Shown piece after piece: positions 40,653-51,601 of a stretch of 60,739 nt of DNA. The notes beneath the pieces are model-generated. The model was not told the origin of the DNA, did not search any database, and worked only from the letters and a program-made list of their open reading frames with translations. The translations under genes and the position numbers were made by a program. Positions within the stretch are counted from its first letter, which is position 1, and each line of letters starts with the position of its first letter. Source of the DNA: an uncultured cyanobacterium (GTDB lineage: Bacteria > Cyanobacteriota > Cyanobacteriia > Leptolyngbyales > Leptolyngbyaceae); assembly GCA_963766075.1 (NCBI GenBank), contig CAVYAN010000045.1:1-60739 (forward strand), written 5' to 3'.

Positions 40653-41054
40653 TTAAGACATCGATTCATGATCGGGGCAGGTTTCACCCTCCCAGCCATA
40701 GGGGTGCATCCCGCACACGAGCATGTTTTCCCCATAGATTTGTCCATGGTAATGCCGACAGCCCACACAGGCAGGATGTTGATTGATTAAGGGATCGAGG
40801 GTTTGCGTTAGGGGCATCGTTGCATCATTGATGTCCCGGTCTATTTCAAGTAACAGCGCTAGTAAGGGTTCGACGATCCACTGGTTCACCTGGGGCTCAA
40901 TCTCGGTTTCCAAGGTATGGAGCATTTGATCGGTGGCTTCCTCGACCGTTTCGACGAGGACGTCCGCCAAAAACTCCATGCCTGCGGTGACGGTCAGTAA
41001 AAATTCTTCGACTTCTTTGGCGGTGGCGTCAAGGAGCGTAAAAAGTGGTTCCAT
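40653..41054 (-). CDS. conserved hypothetical protein with C-terminal Cys/His motif
   Basis: HPACVGCRHYHG...LVCGMHPYG...CPD. Confidence 0.75.
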   Translation of the reverse strand: MEPLFTLLDATAKEVEEFLLTVTAGMEFLADVLVETVEEATDQMLHTLETEIEPQVNQWIVEPLLALLLEIDRDINDATMPLTQTLDPLINQHPACVGCRHYHGQIYGENMLVCGMHPYGWEGETCPDHESMS

Positions 41055-41066
41055 AGACAGGCTGAC

Positions 41067-41486
41067 CTACTGCCCCTCTTTTTGCAGGCGACGCAGCTCT
41101 TCCTGGAGGTCCATGACCTTTTGGCGCATGTCGTCTACTGTATTCGGGATATTGGGGACGGAATTGGCGGCAGGATTGGCAGCAGCGGGTGCAGCCGAGG
41201 GACTGGGGTCGTCGTCCGTGAGAATTTCGATGGGACGGGGTTCCGAGGGATGGGGGCGATCGCTGGACTCAACAGTAATTTGGGGCTGCTGGGCCTTTTG
41301 GATCATGTCGTCTACAAAGCGACGGGCTTCTTCAGTGGACATTTCGCCCCGCTCCACCATCTCATCGGCCAGTTTTTGGGCCTGGACCTTCAGTTCAGAC
41401 AGTTTTTCGCCAGCTTTCTCTCCGGCGAAGGAGGCTATGCCAACGCCCAGATACACTGCTTTTTGCATCAAATCGCCTAAGCCCAT
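41067..41486 (-). CDS. phasin-family protein
   Basis: QKAVYLGVGIAS, LADEMVERGEMSTEEARRFVDDM, coiled-coil tail. Confidence 0.75.
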   Translation of the reverse strand: MGLGDLMQKAVYLGVGIASFAGEKAGEKLSELKVQAQKLADEMVERGEMSTEEARRFVDDMIQKAQQPQITVESSDRPHPSEPRPIEILTDDDPSPSAAPAAANPAANSVPNIPNTVDDMRQKVMDLQEELRRLQKEGQ

Positions 41487-41684
41487 GGTGACTTTAACTC
41501 CTAGTGAATTGCCGGAATCACTGTGCGAAATGTAGAAGTGATCGTCAGTCACGATCCATCCGTCACGATCGCATCAGCTTAGATTCAAGCATAGAAGGAA
41601 ATTTTGGGAACTGCCACTAGCAGAAAACCGCACACAATTGTAGAGGTATTGGTACGGAGGAGTGGCGACGGAACCGGGCTCAAG

Positions 41685-41782
41685 GTGACCCGGATTCCAC
41701 GCCTATCACAAGCATCCTGTATTGCTGCTACCTTCCGGTCCTGACAAGATTTAGGCGTTGCGATCGCATGGGTCCGGATCAC
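41685..41782 (-). ncRNA. ffs: signal recognition particle 4.5S RNA
   Basis: Conserved core GTCAGGACCGGAAGGTAGCAGC; terminal pairing GTGATCCGGA/TCCGGGTCAC; extended -10-like TGTTATGCT upstream. Confidence 0.92.
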
Positions 41783-41879
41783 ATAAAAGCATAACATAAC
41801 GAAGTCACGCACAATGCCCCCTCCGGCTGATAATCCCCCAAATTCCACCCCGGTAGCCCAGTCCATGGGCCGTTGGGCG

Positions 41880-42296
41880 CTACGCCTGCGCCCCGGGTAG
41901 GGGTGGCAAAACCGCATGGATTGATTTCTTCACTACGTCTGGACGGGCTTTGTACGGAACTTTGCCCTCGGCGCAAGCGATATACTGGCCGCTGAATTGC
42001 AGTAGTGCCGGAACGGCATGGGCCAGGGACAATTCGCTCAAAATAAAAGTGGGTTTAGCCGCAGCGGCAAGGGCCACAACACAGGAACGATTGCAAGCGC
42101 CCATACAGCGGACCGGTTGAAGATGGATCGCGTCACGCCAATCACAGGATTCTAGTTCCGTATGTAGGCGATCGAATAGGGACTGACCCGCACTTAATTT
42201 AGGTTGGTCTGGTTCAGTTTCCACTTGGCCAGTTTCCACTTGGCCAGTTTCCATAGAGCGGCAAAGCACACAAACAAATAACGTATGTTGGGGCAT
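41880..42296 (-). CDS. DUF1636 family predicted metal-binding protein
   Basis: HTLFVCVLC, VRCMGACNRSCVVALAA..KPT, GKVPYKARP. Confidence 0.85.
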   Translation of the reverse strand: MPQHTLFVCVLCRSMETGQVETGQVETEPDQPKLSAGQSLFDRLHTELESCDWRDAIHLQPVRCMGACNRSCVVALAAAAKPTFILSELSLAHAVPALLQFSGQYIACAEGKVPYKARPDVVKKSIHAVLPPLPGAQA

Positions 42297-42419
42297 GGTA
42301 ATCGTCGGAGTCAAGGATAATGGTGGCATTGATTCTAGAAAAATCGCAGCATGGCGATCGGGACAGAAAAATAGCATTTAAAGACAGCCTGTCAATCACT
42401 GCGTTAAAGAGGCACTGCG

Positions 42420-43829
<1,410 letters not shown>

Positions 43830-43880
43830 TCATGGGGTTGTCATGCAATCCACGCGGCACAAACCGATTCATAGACCGAT

Positions 43881-44336
43881 TCATGGAATAAAGGGCGTGG
43901 GATAAACAGGAGTATCCAGCCGAAATTCTGCCCAACGATGCTGGACTTCGGCATAGCAGTCAGCAGGGGAAATCGCTAGGTTTTGCAGCAGACTAATATC
44001 CACGGTCCCGTCCCTCGTGATCAGCACTCCGATCGCTTGGGTCGGATCATAGGTCGCGATCGCTGGCAGGAGAGCAGTTACAGATTCTGCTTCTAGGTTA
44101 AGTGCCTCTAAATACTGCGCTATTTGCGCCAGCGGAACAAAGGTTGGATAAAACGTCACGGTATCAACGGACCAATCGATGGTGGCAGAGACAGCATCCA
44201 CGACATTACAAACGACCAGACCCCGGCCTACATGGATATACCCATCCCAGGCGAGGTATCCGATAGTCAAAAAATTGTGATGAATCAATCGGTTTTGCCA
44301 ATCGTTGCACCATTGCGGCCCATGTTTATATGGCAT
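43881..44336 (-). CDS. hypothetical protein, first gene behind the cobalamin riboswitch
   Basis: AAGGGAG then ATG at 44336; IGYLAWDGY..GRGLVVC, YDP, PADCY..VQHRWAEF. Confidence 0.7.
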   Translation of the reverse strand: MPYKHGPQWCNDWQNRLIHHNFLTIGYLAWDGYIHVGRGLVVCNVVDAVSATIDWSVDTVTFYPTFVPLAQIAQYLEALNLEAESVTALLPAIATYDPTQAIGVLITRDGTVDISLLQNLAISPADCYAEVQHRWAEFRLDTPVYPTPFIP

Positions 44337-44601
44337 GGGCGTTGATCTCCCTTGGCACGGGGACGACGACGGATAGCGGGCGATGCATGCAGCACCGTCG
44401 GTACTCGATCCTAGAGGCAAGCTGTTTGATCTGCAGGGCAGGCACTTCATGGATAGCCTGAGTCGTTGCCCTTCGGCGAATCAAATACCATTGCCAGACC
44501 TGGCCGGCTGCTGCGATCGCGGAGCCCTTGACGCCCCAAAATTCGACATCGAAAAAAGTAGTGAGACATTATCTGTACCTCGCAGATATTGAGCAAACAA
44601 G

Positions 44602-44758
44602 CATCGGCGGGCATTCTGACTTACAATCCTGGATTTTGGATTTTGCTGATGCGCGCTAATCCACAATCTAAAATTGACTTACAGTTGCGGGACAGCGCCG
44701 GATTCACACCGAACTTTCCCCCTTACGTCCAATGGCTAGTTTCCATCAGAGCCGATCG
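44602..44758 (-). promoter_or_regulatory. cobalamin (B12) riboswitch
   Basis: Minus strand: ATCGGCTCTGATGG...AAGGGGGAAAGTTCGGTGTGAATCCGGCGCTGTCCCGCAACTGTAA...AAGTCAGAATGCCCGCCGAT, containing the GGGAA, GGTG-AA-CC, CCCGCAACTGT and B12-box AGYCAG elements and a closing ATCGG/CCGAT stem. Confidence 0.93.
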
Positions 44759-44905
44759 CGATTTCAACCGTACCATGGTTACGAGCCCGTGGCACAGGTT
44801 GTCTAGGTAAAGGCAGGCGGTTGGGGGTGAGCGAAGTCGAACCCCCCAATTCAAGATGTTGATGGTTTCCCGCAGCGTAGCCCAGTTTTACAACCAACTT
44901 TACAC

Positions 44906-45814
44906 ATGCATTCCTCCACAAACATTTCCATACCAGAGCGCAAAGTCCCGAATTTTGCCATGGGGTGCGCCATCTGGGCCTACAAGGGCTGGGTGGGCGA
45001 CTTGTTTCCCACTGGCAGTCGCCCTGCGGACTTCCTCAAACTCTACGGCCAACGTTTTCTCACCGTGGAAGGCAACACCACCTTCTACTCGATTCCCGAT
45101 GCTCTCACAGTACAGCGCTGGGCCGCTGATACGCCCACAGGCTTTCAGTTTTGCCTGAAGTTACCCCGTGCCATTACCCATGACGGGCCACTGGTCCCAC
45201 ACATTCCCGATGCCCTCCGGTTCATTGCCCACATGCAAGGATTGGGCAATCGCCTCGGTCCGTTCTTTGCCCAACTGCCGCCCCACTATGGCCCGCAACA
45301 GTTTACTGATCTGACCACTTTTTTGACCGCGCTTCCCCGCAATACCCACGATTTTGCCCTGGAAGTTCGCCACCCAGACTGGTTTAAACCCGCCCACACC
45401 CACCGCCTCAATCACCTGCTAGAGCGTCTGGGCCTAGGCCGCGTTATCCTCGATACCCGGCCCATTTACGACTGTACGGACGATCCTCAGGTCGCATCGG
45501 AACGGAAAAAACCCCGACTGCCTCTGCAACCGACCGTCACCGCCCCCTTTACTCTGGTGCGCTATATCAGCCATCCCGATCGCGACTTCAACCGCACTTA
45601 CCTGCAAGCATGGGCGGAACGCTTGGAGCAGTGGCTGCGCCAAGGTACTCGCATCTACGTCTTTGTTCACTGTCCGGTCGAGGCGCGATCGCCCACTAAT
45701 GCTCGCCTATTCCAGTCCCTGCTTGAAAAGCACGGTGTGCTCGTGCCTCCTCTACCGTGGGACTTACTCCCCTCGGCTCCACCCCCTGATGCGGAGCAGT
45801 TGAGTTTCTTTTAG
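44906..45814 (+). CDS. DUF72 family protein (YecE-like)
   Basis: GCAIWAYKGW, VEGNTTFYSIP, QLPP, EVRHPDWF. Confidence 0.88.
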   Translation: MHSSTNISIPERKVPNFAMGCAIWAYKGWVGDLFPTGSRPADFLKLYGQRFLTVEGNTTFYSIPDALTVQRWAADTPTGFQFCLKLPRAITHDGPLVPHIPDALRFIAHMQGLGNRLGPFFAQLPPHYGPQQFTDLTTFLTALPRNTHDFALEVRHPDWFKPAHTHRLNHLLERLGLGRVILDTRPIYDCTDDPQVASERKKPRLPLQPTVTAPFTLVRYISHPDRDFNRTYLQAWAERLEQWLRQGTRIYVFVHCPVEARSPTNARLFQSLLEKHGVLVPPLPWDLLPSAPPPDAEQLSFF

Positions 45815-45862
45815 CGTGTTTTCTCTAGATATTCTCTAGATATTTTCTGTGAGCTGCTCCCA

Positions 45863-46393
45863 TTAGAATTCTTTAGACTCGCAATCGGCGGGAAGATAAG
45901 GAATCATCCCTTTAAGATAGGCTTCTTCCTGCAGGGCGCGGGGTGCAGACCGTATATCTAAAATGAACCCGTTCACCGACACCATCCAAATCAAGGGATT
46001 TTTCTCAATCCGACTGGGCAGGCACCACTCCGTATCCATTTGGTGAATGTTCATCAGGTCACGAATTTGTTTGGATTTCCCCTGGCCCGTACTGGCCCCC
46101 ACCCCAAAAATCGTGTAAATCTCCGAAGCGGAAATATGGGGAGTTTGGGAAGAATCAAACGCAAAATTCGCCATCCCTAGAGCGTGGACAATGCCACAGG
46201 CCCAGGTCTTGGCTTTACCCGTACTCAGGGGCGAAGGGCGTTTACGGCACAGGGCCGCCGTCAGATAGCGACAGAATTGAGCATACTCGGCATTGAGGTG
46301 CTGCTGGCAAAACTCCTCCGTCAACGCGGTGATTTCTGCAAACTTAGCCCGCATTGGCTCTGGAACTGTTTCTGATTTTGAGGATTTTGCCAT
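45863..46393 (-). CDS. DUF6398-like hypothetical protein
   Basis: FCQQHLNAEY, LCRKRPSPL..GKAKTWACGIVHA, NPLIWMVSVNG. Confidence 0.7.
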   Translation of the reverse strand: MAKSSKSETVPEPMRAKFAEITALTEEFCQQHLNAEYAQFCRYLTAALCRKRPSPLSTGKAKTWACGIVHALGMANFAFDSSQTPHISASEIYTIFGVGASTGQGKSKQIRDLMNIHQMDTEWCLPSRIEKNPLIWMVSVNGFILDIRSAPRALQEEAYLKGMIPYLPADCESKEF

Positions 46394-46562
46394 TACTGCA
46401 ACCCAAATTTCTAGAAATGGGGAGAGTTTCCCTGAGGGTATGATGACATCGTGCCTCTCAACGCACAAGGGGAACACACCAACAGCCTCAGACCGTTCGC
46501 CGATTTCTCTCTAGCATGTTCTTATTCCCTGATCCCCACCATGGCGATCCCCGTGACTCAGT

Positions 46563-47867
46563 ATGACCGTTGATTCTATCCTGCAAAAATTTGAACTGTT
46601 TGGGGTAAAGCTGGGCCTGGAGTCCAGTTTTAAGCTGCTGGCCGCCCTGGGCAATCCTCAATTGTCCGTGCCCATCCTGCATGTGGCGGGCAGCAATGGC
46701 AAAGGCTCGGTCTGTGCCTATCTTGCCTCGGTGCTGACCACAGCGGGCTATAAAACCGGGCGATTTACCTCGCCGCACTTGATTGACTGGACCGAACGAA
46801 TTTGTATCAACAACCAGGCGATCGCCCCAGCGGATTTGGTCCAGGTTCTCCAGCAGGTAATCGCGGCCATTGATCCCCAAGAGTCATCCCCAACCCAATT
46901 TGAAGTGATCACCGCCGCCATGTGGCTCTACTTCGCCCAGCAGCAGGTCGATATTGCCGTGGTGGAAGTCGGTTTAGGCGGGCGGCTGGATTGCACCAAT
47001 GTCTGCGATCGCCCCTTAGTCTCTATCATCACCTCCCTGAGCCTGGAGCATTGGCAACGCCTAGGCCCAACCCTGGCCGACATTGCCGGAGAAAAAGCCG
47101 GCATCCTCAAACCCCACTGTCCCGCCGTTCTGGGTCAATTTCCCGCCGCTGCCCAAGCCGTGGTCGATCGCCGCCTTGCCGAGCTAGAGATTGCCGCCAT
47201 CACACCCACGCCCGCCCTTGATCTGGGCAATGGCTGGGCCGAATCCCAGGGCATTCGCTATCGGCTCCCCCTCCAAGGGGATATCCAACTTCAGAACTCC
47301 GCCGTGGCCATTGCTGCCCTCAAACTGCTCCAAACCCAGGGCTGGAAAATTTCTGATGCGGCGATCTCCCAGGGAATCGCCCGCACCGAGTGGCCCGCCC
47401 GGATCCAATGGTACCCGTGGCGCGAACACAAAATCCTGATTGACGGGGCGCACAATCCCGACAGTGCCCGCGTTCTCCGCCAATTTGTCGATCGCTGGCT
47501 CGACCACGCCGCGTCCTCTCCCGCTATCGCAGGCCAAGGCCAGCTTGCCCCCCGCCGCCGCCCTGTGCATTGGGTAATCGGCATGCTGTCCACCAAGGAT
47601 CATGGCGATATTTTTAAGGCCCTCTTGCGCGCGGGAGATCGCCTTTACCTCGTCCCTGTTCCTGGCCACAGTTCCGCCGATCCTCAACAGTTGCTGACCC
47701 TTGCTCAGCATGTTTGCCCCGACTTAGGAGCCTGCCACACCAAGGCCAGCGTGACCATCGCCCTCGAAGCCGCGGTTTCCGATACCGCCTTAACCGTTTT
47801 GTGCGGTTCCCTCTATTTAATCGGTCATTTTCTCGGCAGGCCAGATGGCGCGAAACAAATCAGCTAA
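46563..47867 (+). CDS. folC: folylpolyglutamate synthase / dihydrofolate synthase
   Basis: HVAGSNGKGS, FTSPHL, EVGLGGRLD, DGAHN, CGSLYLIG. Confidence 0.95.
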   Translation: MTVDSILQKFELFGVKLGLESSFKLLAALGNPQLSVPILHVAGSNGKGSVCAYLASVLTTAGYKTGRFTSPHLIDWTERICINNQAIAPADLVQVLQQVIAAIDPQESSPTQFEVITAAMWLYFAQQQVDIAVVEVGLGGRLDCTNVCDRPLVSIITSLSLEHWQRLGPTLADIAGEKAGILKPHCPAVLGQFPAAAQAVVDRRLAELEIAAITPTPALDLGNGWAESQGIRYRLPLQGDIQLQNSAVAIAALKLLQTQGWKISDAAISQGIARTEWPARIQWYPWREHKILIDGAHNPDSARVLRQFVDRWLDHAASSPAIAGQGQLAPRRRPVHWVIGMLSTKDHGDIFKALLRAGDRLYLVPVPGHSSADPQQLLTLAQHVCPDLGACHTKASVTIALEAAVSDTALTVLCGSLYLIGHFLGRPDGAKQIS

Positions 47868-48038
47868 GGAGAATTGCTCCCTTCGACTTCGCTCAGGGAG
47901 CAATTCTCCTTAGGGAGGTCCAGGAATTAATTTCACTGACGGTAAAATTCTCCTTAGGGATAAATTTTTTTAGGAAGTAATTCCCCTCAGGGAGGTACAG
48001 GAATCAATTTTATTCCGGGGAAAATTCCCCTCCAGGAG
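47864..48038. repeat. 19-bp perfect inverted repeat followed by a degenerate 77-bp-period repeat
   Basis: CTAAGGAGAATTGCTCCCT-N12-AGGGAGCAATTCTCCTTAG; AATTCYCCTYAGGGA-like units at 47902, 47946, 47979 and 48023. Confidence 0.75.
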
Positions 48039-48110
48039 CAATCTTGTGGTGGTGCAGAGCGTTAATTTTGCATCTTTAAAATTTTTCACTTTTAATTTTG
48101 CCTTTCCACA

Positions 48111-49598
48111 CTAGCCCTCTGTTTCCACCGCAGTGGCCGTAGGGGGCAATAGCACCGGACGGCTATCGCGCTGCTGCTTCCGCTGTTGCCTGCCACGGGG
48201 AGTCACTACCCAGCGATTTACCCCGTGAATGTGGTCATACATACCCACCACGGAAATCATATTTTTGAGAATCGTGTATAGGAAAATGAGAATGGCGTGC
48301 TGGGCAAAATACCAACCGGGATAGCGAATCACTGAGACACGCATCGTGATTAGGGTTTGGTAAAAGCCGCTGGCAAAGGTGACTAGCGTCGTAAAAAACA
48401 GGTAGGGGTTATTGACCGGAGGCGCGTCGCTTTGAAATAAGTACATGCTCAGCAACAGCGGCAGAATTTGCAGGGCAATCAGCGAGTACAGGACGCAGTA
48501 GTAGAGGAGATAGGTCCAGTATGCCTTTTGCCAGAGGGTGAGTTTGTCGGACTTCCAGACCCGCCGCTGATATTTCAGACTCACCTCTAGCCAACCCTGA
48601 GCCCAGCGCTTGCGCTGAAACCAAAAGGAATTAAAGTCCATGGGGGCTAGTTCCGTGGTGACAATGCTGCGATCGTGGACGATTTTATGCCCACTGAGCA
48701 GAGTCCGCATGGAGGCATCAATGTCCTCTGTTAGCCGCACAGGATTAAAACGAATTTTTTGAATCACTTCGGTACGCCAGTAGCCATTGGAGCCGCCAAA
48801 AATCGTGGTATCCGTCAGCAGTGACTTGGCCTGGTGGCTAACTCCATAGACACTTTCAAACTCGATCGCAATGTTTTGGGTCAACAAGTTCTGCCCGTGA
48901 TTGCGAATCACGTTGCGCCCTTGCACGACATCATAGTCCTGCTCTAGCCAGCGCCAAGCCCGCTCAAAGCAATCGGCGATCGGGTGATGGTCGGCATCCA
49001 AAATGCACACAATCTCGCCCGTAATTAGCTCCATGGCCGCATTTAAGTTCTCGGCCTTGGAGTGACTGCCCTCCACCCGAAGCAGACGCAGTTCCGGATG
49101 GGCCTCAGCAATCAGCCGCAGATCGGCTTCCACCGGCAAATCAACCGGTGTATTGTAGGTCAGGATGATTTCAATGCCTGCGGCAGGACGGTGAACTGTT
49201 TCCAGCAGGTGATGCACCGTCTCCAGAATAATGTCTTGCTCATTCGGCAGATAAGCCGCCACCAAAAACGTACTGCGTGGCAGGGGACGTTGACTGGGGG
49301 CATACTTGCGTCCACTGAGTCCCAGGGATGACTTCAGGGAGCGCTTGAGGCGATCGCCTCGGCCCCGTGCGGGAGATAAGCTGGATGAGCCAAACCGGCG
49401 AAAGGCTGCGGTACTGGCTTCAATGAAAATCACAATCGAACTCAAAAAAAATAGAGTGGCGATCGCCATATGCACATCGATCAGCGTGAATCCGCCCAAC
49501 CGCAGGCAATAGTAGAAAATCGTCGGCACCCCAATCAGCAACACATGCGTAAAAATCAGCTTGGGTAAATCACTGGTCCAGGTTTTCACAATCCACAC
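48111..49598 (-). CDS. processive-type glycosyltransferase family 2 (cellulose-synthase-like)
   Basis: KAENLN, DAD, TED, QRKRW (QxxRW); TM helices at both ends. Confidence 0.9.
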   Translation of the reverse strand: MWIVKTWTSDLPKLIFTHVLLIGVPTIFYYCLRLGGFTLIDVHMAIATLFFLSSIVIFIEASTAAFRRFGSSSLSPARGRGDRLKRSLKSSLGLSGRKYAPSQRPLPRSTFLVAAYLPNEQDIILETVHHLLETVHRPAAGIEIILTYNTPVDLPVEADLRLIAEAHPELRLLRVEGSHSKAENLNAAMELITGEIVCILDADHHPIADCFERAWRWLEQDYDVVQGRNVIRNHGQNLLTQNIAIEFESVYGVSHQAKSLLTDTTIFGGSNGYWRTEVIQKIRFNPVRLTEDIDASMRTLLSGHKIVHDRSIVTTELAPMDFNSFWFQRKRWAQGWLEVSLKYQRRVWKSDKLTLWQKAYWTYLLYYCVLYSLIALQILPLLLSMYLFQSDAPPVNNPYLFFTTLVTFASGFYQTLITMRVSVIRYPGWYFAQHAILIFLYTILKNMISVVGMYDHIHGVNRWVVTPRGRQQRKQQRDSRPVLLPPTATAVETEG

Positions 49599-49691
49599 TC
49601 CTCACAATCACAACCAACACCACACTCACCGTTACACCCGCTCAGTTGTCTCTGTTCACCGTTGTCTCTGCTCACCGTTATCCCTGCACCC

Positions 49692-51245
49692 TCACGATCG
49701 CCCTGAACGCGGATGAAACACCGCTGTTTCCGGATCGGATGTATGGGGATCTGATCCTGCCGCCTCTGACTCACCTCCATCCGACAACGCGGCATCGGGC
49801 AATTCCAGATCTTCCGTATTTACCCAGAGCGATCGCTGACCATCCGTTACCTGGCAAAGCCAAATCTCCCGTTCGTCCAGTAGCCGTTCCACCTTCAGCA
49901 CAGTCCAAGCGTCCTGCCCTTGATATTTAACTACATCGCCAACCTGAGGACTCCAGACAGCCTGCGGCAAAACCGGCTCCCGCGAGAGAACATAATCCAG
50001 ATCGGACAGCAGCCCCGTCATAATCCGACGAATCAAAGGCGTAATACCATCTGCTACCAGCGCCAGCAGCAGCGTTCCCATCACCATAATCGGCAGCAGC
50101 AGTATGTAGAGGCCAGCATCATCCTGCACCACCAACTTTAGGGTTCGATCCACTACAAAATTATGAATCAGAAAATAGCTGTAGCTATGCCGTCCCAGCC
50201 AGGTAAAAGCCACACTGACCCAACCCGATCGCGCGAGCTGCTGCAACACAGCCATACTACACAGGGTCAGTCCCAGGGGCAGCAACAAGTCCACCAGCAC
50301 CCAACCCAAGCGATCGAATTGGCAGACAAAGCCCGCTGTGTAAAGGCCCGCCCCGACAGTCAACGCCCGTCGAGTAGGCCAAAATGCTGGCCCCTTACCC
50401 TGGACATAAAGTTGCCCCACCGCCATGCCCACCACAAACGTGCTTAACTTGGCCAACCACAGCAAAAATGGTTGCCAATCCGTAGCCGTTTGCAGCACCA
50501 CGTAGGTAGGATGCCCCTCGAATTGATAGACCGCAAGGAATCGATAGGCGATCGTCACTGCCGTACTGATCAGCAACAAATTCACTGCCCCCCACCGCTG
50601 CAACAGTTTCCACAGCACCGGAAACAGGAGCGCAAAACTCACAATTAGCGGCAGAAACCACCAAGGGCCACTGGTATGCAGCAGTAAACGTCCCTCATAG
50701 TCAAATACGAGGGGAAAGGTGGCCCCGGCAAAGATGTGCCAGGGGTGAGGGATATAGCTGTTTGTTGCGGCCCCAATTGCCCACAGCACCGGGTAGGATA
50801 ACCAGGCGACAGTCCAATAGGGCCACAAAATTCGCAGCAGCCGACTTTTCAAAAATGCTCCCACCTGTAGGGGCCGATTGCGTAACGACAGCACCAAGCT
50901 GAAGCCGCTAATCAACACAAACACATCCACAAACTGGAACCCAAACCAGAGAGGCAGGCTCACCCACTGCCAGGGTAGCCCCAGTTCAGCAAATTCATCC
51001 AGCGGGGTCAGTAACCGCTGCACATTCTCTAGCAAGCCCGTGGGTTGGGGCGTGTAGGCATAGCCTGTAAACGCCAGTTGGGCATGGTATAGCAGCAGCA
51101 ACACTGCCGCCCCAATCCGTAGCCCTTCTAGCCATGCCAAGTGTCGCCCAGTCGCTGGGGGAGTGGGTTCCCCATCCGGCGATAACCTGGGGGGCAATGC
51201 CCGATCTGGTAGTGATGAATGTGGCGATGATGACTGGTTAGCCAA
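49692..51245 (-). CDS. acyltransferase family 3 membrane protein with an extra C-terminal beta domain
   Basis: LEGLR...LLYH, VDVFVLISGF, RLLRILWPYW, WFL, LGRHSYSYFLIH. Confidence 0.85.
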   Translation of the reverse strand: MANQSSSPHSSLPDRALPPRLSPDGEPTPPATGRHLAWLEGLRIGAAVLLLLYHAQLAFTGYAYTPQPTGLLENVQRLLTPLDEFAELGLPWQWVSLPLWFGFQFVDVFVLISGFSLVLSLRNRPLQVGAFLKSRLLRILWPYWTVAWLSYPVLWAIGAATNSYIPHPWHIFAGATFPLVFDYEGRLLLHTSGPWWFLPLIVSFALLFPVLWKLLQRWGAVNLLLISTAVTIAYRFLAVYQFEGHPTYVVLQTATDWQPFLLWLAKLSTFVVGMAVGQLYVQGKGPAFWPTRRALTVGAGLYTAGFVCQFDRLGWVLVDLLLPLGLTLCSMAVLQQLARSGWVSVAFTWLGRHSYSYFLIHNFVVDRTLKLVVQDDAGLYILLLPIMVMGTLLLALVADGITPLIRRIMTGLLSDLDYVLSREPVLPQAVWSPQVGDVVKYQGQDAWTVLKVERLLDEREIWLCQVTDGQRSLWVNTEDLELPDAALSDGGESEAAGSDPHTSDPETAVFHPRSGRS

Positions 51246-51480
51246 TCCTTGCGGTCCCCCTTAAACTCAACGGTATCGAATTTCATACCCTGTAAGGTAC
51301 ATACCCGGCATCACCCTAAGGTCTTGTTTCTAGGGATTTCTCAAAAGTTTCATAGAGATTTTTGTAGAATGTCATGATTTCTTTATACTTTATATCCGAT
51401 TGTCACAGCATGTGAAGCCGTAGACACAAAATATCAGGGCTTTCCCAAGTCCAAGACTTCCGAGGAACAATTTGGCTATG

Positions 51481-51531
51481 CAACGTGGCAGCTCTAATTC
51501 AACGTGGCAGCTCTAATTCAACGCGGCAATT
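51481..51531. repeat. 19-bp tandem repeat CAACGTGGCAGCTCTAATT x2 plus a partial copy
   Basis: Seen directly. Confidence 0.8.
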
Positions 51532-51601
51532 CAGCGTGAAACCTGATGTCTTGGATGACACAGGTAGAATAGGAAAAGCAGTTACCCAGTTTTCAATCTC
51601 C

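Noticed and set aside
40933..41535. 200-aa plus-strand ORF and similar long antisense ORFs
   Set aside because: Shadows of well-supported opposite-strand genes
41585..41917. 110-aa ORF
   Set aside because: Overlaps the SRP RNA and has no protein-like features
47864..48038. Possible CRISPR array
   Set aside because: Units are degenerate, spacing follows a duplication period, and no cas genes are present
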